Assembly: GCA_028716385.1 (NCBI GenBank)
Contig: JAQUPX010000004.1
Coordinates: forward strand, 49,936-113,935
Source of the DNA: a bacterium
Lineage (GTDB): Bacteria; Hydrothermota; UBA3073; JACQXS01; JAQTXJ01
Direction of reading: 5' to 3'
DNA: 64,000 nt
The position numbers and the translations under genes were made by a program. Under the pieces are notes generated by a model. That model made no database searches, was not told the DNA's origin, and saw only the letters and a list, made by a program, of their open reading frames with translations. Below, in pieces: positions 54,411 to 62,540 of the stretch. Numbering within the stretch: the stretch's first letter is position 1; the number at the start of each line of letters is the position of its first letter.

Positions 54411-55196
54411 AAAATGGATTGGGGATTAAGCAATAGAATCAATAGAATATTTAATAAAGAAACAGGTCGCACTGTGATGCTTGCCGTTGACCATGGTTAC
54501 TTTTTAGGCCCAATAAGCGGGTTGGAAGTTCCCTCTAAAACCGTTACTCCTTTGATTGAATATGCGGATTCCTTAATGCTTACCCGTGGAATACTCAGGA
54601 CATCCGTAAAACCGGACAATAATATACCCATTGTATTAAGGGTTTCCGGAGGAACAAGCATTCTTGACGAAGATTTATCCAACGAAGGAATTACTACGTC
54701 CATTAAAGAAGCCGTGAGGCTTAACGCTTCGGCTGTGGCATTATCCATATTCGTAGGTGCTTCCAATGAAAAAGAAACGTTGTTGAATTTAGCCAAACTT
54801 GTAGATGAAGCGGAAGAATATGGCATAGCTGTCCTTGCAGTTACTGCGGTCGGGAAAAATATGGTAAGAGATGCAAGGTATTTTGGATTAGCTTGTCGTA
54901 TTGCGGCTGAAATCGGTGCTCATATAGTAAAAACTTATTATTGTGAGGAATTTGAAAAAGTCATAGAAAGTTGTCCCGTTCCCATTGTTATTGCGGGAGG
55001 GAAAAAACTTCCCGAGGAAGAAGCATTCAAATTGGCATATAATGCGATTCAAAAAGGGGCAAAAGGCGTGGATATGGGAAGAAATATATTTCAATCGGAA
55101 TATCCGGTCGCGGCAATGAAAACAATAAAAGCCATCGTTCATAAGGGTATAGGTTTGGAAGAAGCTTGTGCTTTGTTTAACAAACTAAAAAAGTAA
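54411..55196 (+). CDS. Class I aldolase of the DhnA/FbaB/LsrF family (LsrF-like)
   Basis: Long colinear match to the remembered E. coli LsrF pattern: DWG...RIFN..TG.TVMLAVDHGYF.GP, VRDARYF.LA.RIAAE.GA.IVKTYY, CPVPIVIAGGKKLPE, GVDMGRNIFQS. GGAGGG SD before the ATG at 54411. Confidence 0.75.
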   Translation, partial: KMDWGLSNRINRIFNKETGRTVMLAVDHGYFLGPISGLEVPSKTVTPLIEYADSLMLTRGILRTSVKPDNNIPIVLRVSGGTSILDEDLSNEGITTSIKEAVRLNASAVALSIFVGASNEKETLLNLAKLVDEAEEYGIAVLAVTAVGKNMVRDARYFGLACRIAAEIGAHIVKTYYCEEFEKVIESCPVPIVIAGGKKLPEEEAFKLAYNAIQKGAKGVDMGRNIFQSEYPVAAMKTIKAIVHKGIGLEEACALFNKLKK

Positions 55197-55326
55197 CCTG
55201 AAGTTAAAATCCCGTAATTAATATAATAGATTTCTGTGAAATGAAAAACATACGGATAGATGGAGTACCATCACTTCATCTAAAATATTTTTTTGCAGCC
55301 TTTTGTCTGAAAACTCAGAAGGTAAA

Positions 55327-57423
55327 ATGAAAAAACTAAAAATAATAATATTTGCTGCCTTTATTGCAGCAACAGTAGACGCTCAACATTTGGGTTGGGA
55401 AAATTATACGGAAGGAAGGTATATTACTGCCGTTGTTAACAATGGAAATAAAATATGGGTTGGAACTTCCGGTGGATTAGTCTCTATAGACACCGCTACA
55501 AGCGCTATGGAATTCTATAATCACAGTAATTCGGGTTTGCCTTTTAATTATGTTTTGTCTCTTGCAGTGGAAGGAACAACAATATGGGTTGGAACTGCTT
55601 ATAGGGGATTAGCAAAGTATGATGGCACTAACTGGACTGTATATAACACGAGTAATTCGGAATTACCGGATAACTTTATTTATGCCCTTGCAGTAGAAGG
55701 AACGACAATATGGGTTGCAACTAGGGGATTAGCAAGGTATGATGGCACTAACTGGACGGTATATAATATGAGTAATTCAGAGTTGCCCGATGATTATGTT
55801 AATACTATTGTAATAGAAGGGACAACGAAGTGGGTCGGGACAATGAATGGTGGTTTAGCAAAGTACGATGGTATAAACTGGACTGTTTACAACACAAGTA
55901 ATTCAGGGTTGCCTGATAATGATGTTAAGGCTATTGCAATAGAAGGGAGTAATATCTGGATCGGTACTGATGGTGGACTTGCGAAGTTTGACGGCACAAA
56001 TTGGACTGTTTATAACAAGAGTAATTCGGGTTTGCCTGCTAATAATGTTAATGTTGTTGCAATAGAAGGAACAACGATATGGGTAGGAACGTGGGATAGC
56101 GGATTGACAAAATTTGACGGCACAAATTGGACTGTTTATAACAAGAGTAATTCGGGTTTGCCCGATAATATTATTAAATCCCTTGCAATAGAAGGAACGA
56201 CAAAGTGGGTCGGAACTAATGGCGGATTGGCAAAGTTTGATGGGATAAATTGGACTACTTGCAATACAAGTAATTCAGGGTTGCCGTATAACTGGATTCT
56301 TTCTCTTGCAATAGAAGGAACGACAAAGTGGATAGGAATGTGGAGTGGGGGATTAGCGAAATTTGATAGTACTAATTGGACTCCATATAATACAAGTAAT
56401 TCAGGATTACCTAATAATTTTGTATGTGCCCTTGCGTTAGAAGGAACAACAATATGGGCCGGAACTGGTGGCGGATTGGCAAAGTTTGATGGCACAAATT
56501 GGACTGTGTGTAATACAAGTAATTCGGGGGTGCCTGCCGATAGTATTCTGGCTATTGCAGTAGAAGACACAATAGTGTGGGTCGGAACTACTGGCGGTTT
56601 AGCAAAGTACGATGGTGTAAACTGGACTGTTTATAACACAAGTAGTTCAGGCTTGCCGGATAATCGAGTCACTGCTCTTGAAATAGAAGGAACGACAAAG
56701 TGGGTCGGAACTGGTGGCGGATTGGCAAAGTTTGATGGAATAAACTGGACTGTTTATAATTCGAATAATTCAGGCTTGCCTTATGATGGGATTTTGTCTC
56801 TTGCAGTAGAAGGAACAACTAAATGGGTCGGCACTCAGTATAGTGGATTAGCAAAGTTTGATGGAACTAACTGGACTGTCTATAACGAGAGTGATTCAGG
56901 ATTGCCCGGTAACACTGTTTATGCCATTAAAGTAGAAGGAGCAACAATTTTGGTCGGGACTAATGGCGGGTTGGCAAAGTTTGATGGCACAAACTGGACT
57001 ACTTATAATATGGATAATTCAGGGTTGCCTGCTAACGCTGTCTATGCCGTTACAACAGAAGGGACAACGATATGGGTTGGAACTGGTGGTGGTGGATTAG
57101 CAAGGTATACACAGTTAGGAATACAAGAACCATTCATTCCTAATTCTGCATTCTGCAATCCGAAATTGAATGTTTCCCAAAATCCATTCCCCCGCTCAAT
57201 ACTTATCTCTTATTGTATACCTCCGAATTCCGAATATACGAATACACTATTAACAATTTACGATTTATCAGGGTGTTGCATAAAAACTCTTATCAACGAA
57301 CCCAAACCGGCTGGCTCTCATACCGTAACTTTCAATGCAAAAGATTTATTTCCCGGTATTTATTTCGTAAAACTTTCAACAGGTAATTATAAAATAACAA
57401 AAAAACTGGTGTTAATGAGGTAA
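55327..57423 (+). CDS. Two-component-regulator-propeller (Reg_prop) repeat protein, ~13-14 blades, with T9SS-type C-terminal sorting domain
   Basis: Signal peptide MKKLKIIIFAAFIAATVDA. Unit GGLAKFDGTNWTVYNTSNSGLPDN.V.ALAIEGTTIWVGT repeated about 14 times. C-terminal GIYFVKLSTGNYKITKKLVLMR. Confidence 0.8.
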   Translation: MKKLKIIIFAAFIAATVDAQHLGWENYTEGRYITAVVNNGNKIWVGTSGGLVSIDTATSAMEFYNHSNSGLPFNYVLSLAVEGTTIWVGTAYRGLAKYDGTNWTVYNTSNSELPDNFIYALAVEGTTIWVATRGLARYDGTNWTVYNMSNSELPDDYVNTIVIEGTTKWVGTMNGGLAKYDGINWTVYNTSNSGLPDNDVKAIAIEGSNIWIGTDGGLAKFDGTNWTVYNKSNSGLPANNVNVVAIEGTTIWVGTWDSGLTKFDGTNWTVYNKSNSGLPDNIIKSLAIEGTTKWVGTNGGLAKFDGINWTTCNTSNSGLPYNWILSLAIEGTTKWIGMWSGGLAKFDSTNWTPYNTSNSGLPNNFVCALALEGTTIWAGTGGGLAKFDGTNWTVCNTSNSGVPADSILAIAVEDTIVWVGTTGGLAKYDGVNWTVYNTSSSGLPDNRVTALEIEGTTKWVGTGGGLAKFDGINWTVYNSNNSGLPYDGILSLAVEGTTKWVGTQYSGLAKFDGTNWTVYNESDSGLPGNTVYAIKVEGATILVGTNGGLAKFDGTNWTTYNMDNSGLPANAVYAVTTEGTTIWVGTGGGGLARYTQLGIQEPFIPNSAFCNPKLNVSQNPFPRSILISYCIPPNSEYTNTLLTIYDLSGCCIKTLINEPKPAGSHTVTFNAKDLFPGIYFVKLSTGNYKITKKLVLMR
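55414..57112 (+). repeat. Tandem coding repeats (~138-141 nt unit, about 14 copies) within the Reg_prop gene
   Basis: DNA-level recurrence of GGATTAGCAAAGT(A/T)TGATGG(C/T)AC(A/T)AA(C/T)TGGACTGT(A/T)TATAA...AGTAATTC(A/G)GG. Confidence 0.85.
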
Positions 57424-57572
57424 TTATGAAAAAAAATCTCTTAAGTTCTCTTTCAATCCCTGTTAATGATTTTTTGTTAGTAGAAGTTATTATAAATCTC
57501 TATGTATTACTATGAGTTGCAAGCTCTCTATTTGTTCTTATTCGTGTCTTTTCTCACGGCAGAAAGGCATCC

Positions 57573-58700
57573 GTGAATGAAAAATTATTAGAAAATACTA
57601 TGAATTTTGATAATTTACTTTCTTTCCCGAGAAAAACAAAGATGTATCTCAAGGTAAAGAATAAACTTAAAACCCCATTGGTTCTGATTTATTTTGTAAC
57701 CAATAAATGTAATATGCAATGCAAACATTGTTTTTATTGGAAAAGTTTGAGCAAGGATGAAAATGCACTTAATCTGGAAGAGATTGGCAAGATTGCCGGT
57801 TCTTTGAAGTATCCGCTTTCGTCTATTTTGATTACGGGCGGAGAGCCTTTTTTGCATTCACAAATTGTCGAAATATGTAAGACTTTTTATGATAAAAACA
57901 AACCGATGAACTTCCATTTTATGACTAACGGTATGCCTTCTTCCAAAATCATTGAAACTACGGAGTCTATACTTAAAAATGTGAACAGTAATCTTCATTT
58001 CCAGATATCAATTGATGGATTGGAAGACACACACGATAAAATAAGAGGCAAGGAAGGGTGTTTTAATGAAGCAGTTAAAACGTTGAAGGAATTAAAAAAA
58101 CTTTCTACAAAACATCCTAACCTAACCGTTCATATCCTTACAGTAGTATCAAAATTAAATTATAAACATTTGTTTCAGCTCTCGGAATTTACTACGGATG
58201 TTTTGAAAATCCCCATAACTTTTGAATTTGCGCGAGGGAATGAATTATTCCAAAATAATCCTTTGTTGTCAAAAAGTTATAACCCGTCTTTGCCCGATAA
58301 AACCTTACTAACTTTAGATGAAATGAAAAAAACATACAATGAAATAAAAAAGATTTATACTCTTGAGAAGTCAAAACTTTCCGTTGATTTGTCTTTTTCT
58401 TTGTTAGGGTTAAAAAAGGAAATCGAATTAGTAGAAACGAATTGTAAAATTGTTGACTGTGTAGCCGGAAACCAAATTGGCGTGCTTTATCCCGATGGAA
58501 AGGTTGCGGGTTGCGAATTGATAGAATCAAAACTTAATATAAGAGATTTTGACCTTGATTTTCATAAATTATGGCAATCAAAAAAAATGGATGATTTCAG
58601 GAAAAAAATAAAAAACTGTTATTGTATTCACGGATGTTTTTTGCAAACAAGTTTGCTTAACTCAATAAAATATGGTATCTTTTATCATCCCCACCCATAA
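57573..58700 (+). CDS. Radical SAM protein with C-terminal SPASM/twitch-like Cys-rich domain
   Basis: VTNKCNMQCKHCFYW (CxxxCxxC), ITGGEPF. C-terminal Cys set CVAGN...GC...NCYCIHGC. GTG track start; ATG at 57600 is an alternative. Confidence 0.8.
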   Translation: MNEKLLENTMNFDNLLSFPRKTKMYLKVKNKLKTPLVLIYFVTNKCNMQCKHCFYWKSLSKDENALNLEEIGKIAGSLKYPLSSILITGGEPFLHSQIVEICKTFYDKNKPMNFHFMTNGMPSSKIIETTESILKNVNSNLHFQISIDGLEDTHDKIRGKEGCFNEAVKTLKELKKLSTKHPNLTVHILTVVSKLNYKHLFQLSEFTTDVLKIPITFEFARGNELFQNNPLLSKSYNPSLPDKTLLTLDEMKKTYNEIKKIYTLEKSKLSVDLSFSLLGLKKEIELVETNCKIVDCVAGNQIGVLYPDGKVAGCELIESKLNIRDFDLDFHKLWQSKKMDDFRKKIKNCYCIHGCFLQTSLLNSIKYGIFYHPHP

Positions 58701-59634
58701 TAGTCGGGAATACGTTGGAAAATGTATAGATTCTATAACCGTAGCAGCGGGAGTTCCTCTTTGTAATTCAATCCCGAAAGACATCTTTGAAATAATAGTT
58801 ATAGACGATGCTTCAACGGATGGGACTTCCGATTTTATTCGTAAAAACTATCCCGGTGTGAAGTGCTTTTGTGTCTCGGAAAGAAGCGGGGCGGCTTACG
58901 CAAGGAACCTCGGAATAGTTAATTCCTGCGGGAATATTCTTGTTTTTGTAGATGCAGACGTATGGCTGGATAAAGAATGCATTAACGAGTTCTTAACTCA
59001 AATAAATAGGTATAACATTGTATATACGGTTCCGTATTTTCCTAATGGAATTCCTATTTTTCCTATTTTTGCGGCAAAATATTATCCCGTAATTTCTGCA
59101 ATTTTTATGATGAAAAGAGAAGCGCTGGGAAAGTTGGATAAATATTTCGATGAAAAATATGAAATATATAATGAAGACCTTGATTTTTTCTTAAGATGTA
59201 AGATAGCCGGATTAACGGCAAGATATACGGAAAAAGCAAAAGCATACCATTGGTTAAAAGATTCTAAAAATGCCGAATTTAGATATTATATGGATTTGCG
59301 AAATTCAATTTATGCGTATTTGAAATTTTATAAACTTGGTAAATCCATTGTCGGGTTTCCATCCATAAAAATTATTCTACAGAATATTGGTGATTTTTTA
59401 TGGAATAAAAATGCTTATTCAAAATTGTATTTTGAACCTGCCTCAAGCGGATTCCTTAAAATATGGTATAAAATCAGTCCCAGGGCTAAGATTACACAAA
59501 AGACAAGATTTTATATAGTGTATATGATTTTTAAGGCTTTTATGTGGAATGTTAGAAGATTGCGTGAGATAAAAGGGGAATATTATTATTTCAAGACGTT
59601 TTTAAGTAATTTAAAACTTGCCAACGGAAATTAA
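58672..59634 (+). CDS. Glycosyltransferase family 2
   Basis: VSFIIPTHNSREYVGKCIDSI, IIVIDDASTDGT, AARNLG-like YARNLG, VFVDADV (DxD). 29-nt overlap with the radical SAM gene. Confidence 0.8.
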   Translation: MVSFIIPTHNSREYVGKCIDSITVAAGVPLCNSIPKDIFEIIVIDDASTDGTSDFIRKNYPGVKCFCVSERSGAAYARNLGIVNSCGNILVFVDADVWLDKECINEFLTQINRYNIVYTVPYFPNGIPIFPIFAAKYYPVISAIFMMKREALGKLDKYFDEKYEIYNEDLDFFLRCKIAGLTARYTEKAKAYHWLKDSKNAEFRYYMDLRNSIYAYLKFYKLGKSIVGFPSIKIILQNIGDFLWNKNAYSKLYFEPASSGFLKIWYKISPRAKITQKTRFYIVYMIFKAFMWNVRRLREIKGEYYYFKTFLSNLKLANGN

Positions 59635-59684
59635 ATAAATATATAAGTATATTAATATAGTAGTATTTTTACGGGGAATTATTG

Positions 59685-61403
59685 ATGACACCGAAATCAT
59701 TTATTATTATAGATGTAGGCAGTACCTTCACTAAAGCGCATTTCATACGAGAAGAAACTTTTGTTACTTGTTATACAAAAACAACCGTTGAAAAGCCCGC
59801 TGAAGATGTACTAATTGGAGTTGTAAATGCTATAAAAGATATAGAAGAAAAGACAAAAAGAAAACTCTTTGATAACGGTAAACTCGTAATGCCCGAAAAG
59901 GATGGGACAGGCGTAGACCTTTTTCTTGCTACCTCAAGCGCCGGTGGAGGGCTTCAAATGGTTGTGGCAGGATTGATAAGACATATAACTGCATTTAGCG
60001 CAGAAAGAGCTGCGCTTTCATCGGGGGCTATAATTATGGACGTTATAGCAGTGAATGACGGGAGAACCGTTTATGAAAAAGTTGATGCAATAAAATCTCT
60101 GAGGCCGGATATAATCCTTTTTGCCGGTGGAGAAGACGGGGGTGCCATATCTACGGTTACGGAAATTGCCGAAATTCTAAATATGGCAAAACCAAAAGGT
60201 AAATTCATAGAAAAAATTCCGCTTGTTTACGCCGGCAATAAAGATGCAAGAGATGATATTTTGAATACATTACAGGATACTTTTGATGTCCATATAACGG
60301 AAAATGTGAGGCCTACTATAGAGCTTGAAAATCCGGTTCCTGCAAGAGAAGAGATACATCAACTATTTATGGAGCATGTGATGAAAAGAGCCCCGGGATA
60401 TGAAAAATTGGAACAACTCCTCAGCGCGCCTATTGTACCTACTCCCGGAGCAATGTTTAATATGGTAAAAAGCATAGCTAAAAATTGGAACAAAAATCTT
60501 CTATGTGTAGACTTAGGGGGCGCTACAACGGACGTATTTACGGTTGTAGATAAGACTGAAAATAGGACGGTAAGTGCCAATTTGGGAATGAGTTATTCTG
60601 TTGGAAATGTGTTTTATAATGCAGGGATAGAAAATATAATGAGATGGATACCTTTTGATATTGAAGAAGATGAACTTAAAAATCGTATAGTAAACAAAAT
60701 GCTTAACCCGACAAAACTTCCGGCAGACGAAACGGAAATAATGATTGAAGAAGCCATTGCAAGGGAAGCGATACGGCTTGCGCTTGTTCATCATAGAAAG
60801 TTTGCTGAAGCAAAAAGAGCGTCCGATTTAATTAGTGGTTTAGGCGCCAAACTCCAACTCCGTAAACCTCTTCCATACATTATGGCAAAACTCGGAAAAA
60901 GTAATATGGCTCCTTCTACTTTTGACATTATCATTGGCAGTGGAGGCGCTATTTCGTATGGCATTAGTAAAGAGACAGCTACTTTATTACTTATTGACGC
61001 CATACAACCAACCGGGGTTACACAAATAGCGCTTGATAATCGCTTTATGCTTCCACATCTTGGAGCGCTTGCCCAACTTTATCCCGATATCGCGTGGAAT
61101 TTATTCCAAAAGTTTTGTTACGTGCCTTTAGCAACCTGTATTGCTTTTGAGGGAAAAATAAACGAAGGGGAACCTGCTTTATATATCAAAGGCAATACAA
61201 ATATTAGTCTTAAAGGCGGAGAGATTTTAGAAACAGAACTTGACGGCGAATATGAAATAATTCCTGCGAAAGGAATGAAAGGCAAGCCATTTAAAAAAGA
61301 AATACACGGAAAGGTAATTATAGATGCAAGAGGAAGGCCTTTGAAATTCTCGGCTGAAAAGAATATAAGAATTCAGCAACTTAAAAAATGGAGAAAACTT
61401 TAA
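59685..61403 (+). CDS. GlmL/MutL-like (glutamate mutase L family) ASKHA-fold ATPase, orphan
   Basis: IIIDVGSTFTKA phosphate-1, ATSSAGGGLQMVVAGL, FAGGEDGG, VDLGGATTDVF phosphate-2/adenosine motif. About 110 aa longer than classical GlmL. Confidence 0.6.
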   Translation: MTPKSFIIIDVGSTFTKAHFIREETFVTCYTKTTVEKPAEDVLIGVVNAIKDIEEKTKRKLFDNGKLVMPEKDGTGVDLFLATSSAGGGLQMVVAGLIRHITAFSAERAALSSGAIIMDVIAVNDGRTVYEKVDAIKSLRPDIILFAGGEDGGAISTVTEIAEILNMAKPKGKFIEKIPLVYAGNKDARDDILNTLQDTFDVHITENVRPTIELENPVPAREEIHQLFMEHVMKRAPGYEKLEQLLSAPIVPTPGAMFNMVKSIAKNWNKNLLCVDLGGATTDVFTVVDKTENRTVSANLGMSYSVGNVFYNAGIENIMRWIPFDIEEDELKNRIVNKMLNPTKLPADETEIMIEEAIAREAIRLALVHHRKFAEAKRASDLISGLGAKLQLRKPLPYIMAKLGKSNMAPSTFDIIIGSGGAISYGISKETATLLLIDAIQPTGVTQIALDNRFMLPHLGALAQLYPDIAWNLFQKFCYVPLATCIAFEGKINEGEPALYIKGNTNISLKGGEILETELDGEYEIIPAKGMKGKPFKKEIHGKVIIDARGRPLKFSAEKNIRIQQLKKWRKL

Positions 61404-62497
61404 TAAAGAAAGAACGAATCCTTTATTTTCCCGGAGAAGTTTTTGTAAACGAGGGGAAAAGTGTTGTGCCAACGACATTAATAGCCAAAACAGTTCATAT
61501 ATCGGCACGGCCATTTATTATAGACATAGCCTGGAATCTCCATATTTCACCGAATGAGATAAAAGAATATATGGTGAAAAAGGAAGGAGATGCCGTTAAA
61601 ACAGGTGACACGCTTGCATTCTTTAAAATAAAAGATAAAATAAAATTTACAGAAGAAACATATCTGGATGATAAGACAATAGATAGAGTTTTTGGAAACA
61701 AAAGGGTTACATCCCCGGTTGATGGGATAATGGAACGGATTTCTATGGCATCAGGGCATATTATAATTCGTGAAGTCGTAGACCGTGACGTCTCTCCCAG
61801 AAGCGTAAACGTAGCAGAAGCGTTGGGTATGAAGCCCAAAGAAATAAAAAGATTTATTAAGAAAAAAATAGGTGAAAACGTTGAAAAAGATGGAAATATT
61901 GCGGAAGTCCCTATAATGGGCGGGTTCAACCTGAAAGTATGCAAATCGCCAATTTTCGGGGAAATAAAAAGTATAAACGAAGAGACGGGAGAAGTTGTAG
62001 TCCAGAGACCTCATAATAAAATGGAACTCCTGGCAATGCTTCCCGGGACGATATCAAAATTAATCCCGGGATATGGTGCAGTTATTGAGCTAACCGGATA
62101 TCAGATAAACGGAGTGATTGGGTTTGGCGGGGAAAGATGTGGAAAATTGGAAACCCAAAGGAATCAATCACTTGAAGGAAAAGTTTTTGTGAGCGAAACA
62201 ATCCTTTCTAAAAATGAAATAGAAGATATGAAAAAGCAGGGAATAAAAGGATTGATATTAAGCAAAATGCAAGTAAGCGATATAGAGGCTATTTTTGGAG
62301 AAGAAGTTTATTCCGGAACTACGGGAAAAATTAATAAAGGCATTACGATAGTAGTACTTGATGGGTTTGGAACTCAATCTATGGAAAAGGGAAGATTCGA
62401 CTTTTTTAATTCTCTCAGGGGAAAGGATGTTTATTTAAATGGCACGACCCAGATAAGGGCAGGAGTAGTAAGACCTGAAATTATTATATCGGATTAA
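61388..62497 (+). CDS. Hypothetical protein with lipoyl/biotinyl-like barrel-sandwich motifs
   Basis: 369 aa. KKEGDAVKTGDTLAFFK and VTSPVDGIMERI resemble hybrid-barrel motifs. No family recognised. 16-nt overlap with the GlmL-like gene. Confidence 0.5.
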   Translation: MEKTLIKKERILYFPGEVFVNEGKSVVPTTLIAKTVHISARPFIIDIAWNLHISPNEIKEYMVKKEGDAVKTGDTLAFFKIKDKIKFTEETYLDDKTIDRVFGNKRVTSPVDGIMERISMASGHIIIREVVDRDVSPRSVNVAEALGMKPKEIKRFIKKKIGENVEKDGNIAEVPIMGGFNLKVCKSPIFGEIKSINEETGEVVVQRPHNKMELLAMLPGTISKLIPGYGAVIELTGYQINGVIGFGGERCGKLETQRNQSLEGKVFVSETILSKNEIEDMKKQGIKGLILSKMQVSDIEAIFGEEVYSGTTGKINKGITIVVLDGFGTQSMEKGRFDFFNSLRGKDVYLNGTTQIRAGVVRPEIIISD

Positions 62498-62540
62498 TTA
62501 AAAACTTGCTAATTAAAATCAAGTAGATATATTCGCTAAA

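Noticed and set aside
55414-57112. Regular ~140-nt periodicity that could be mistaken for a CRISPR-like or satellite array
   Set aside because: The periodicity is in frame within one long ORF encoding a recognisable propeller repeat. There is no repeat/spacer alternation and there are no cas genes.
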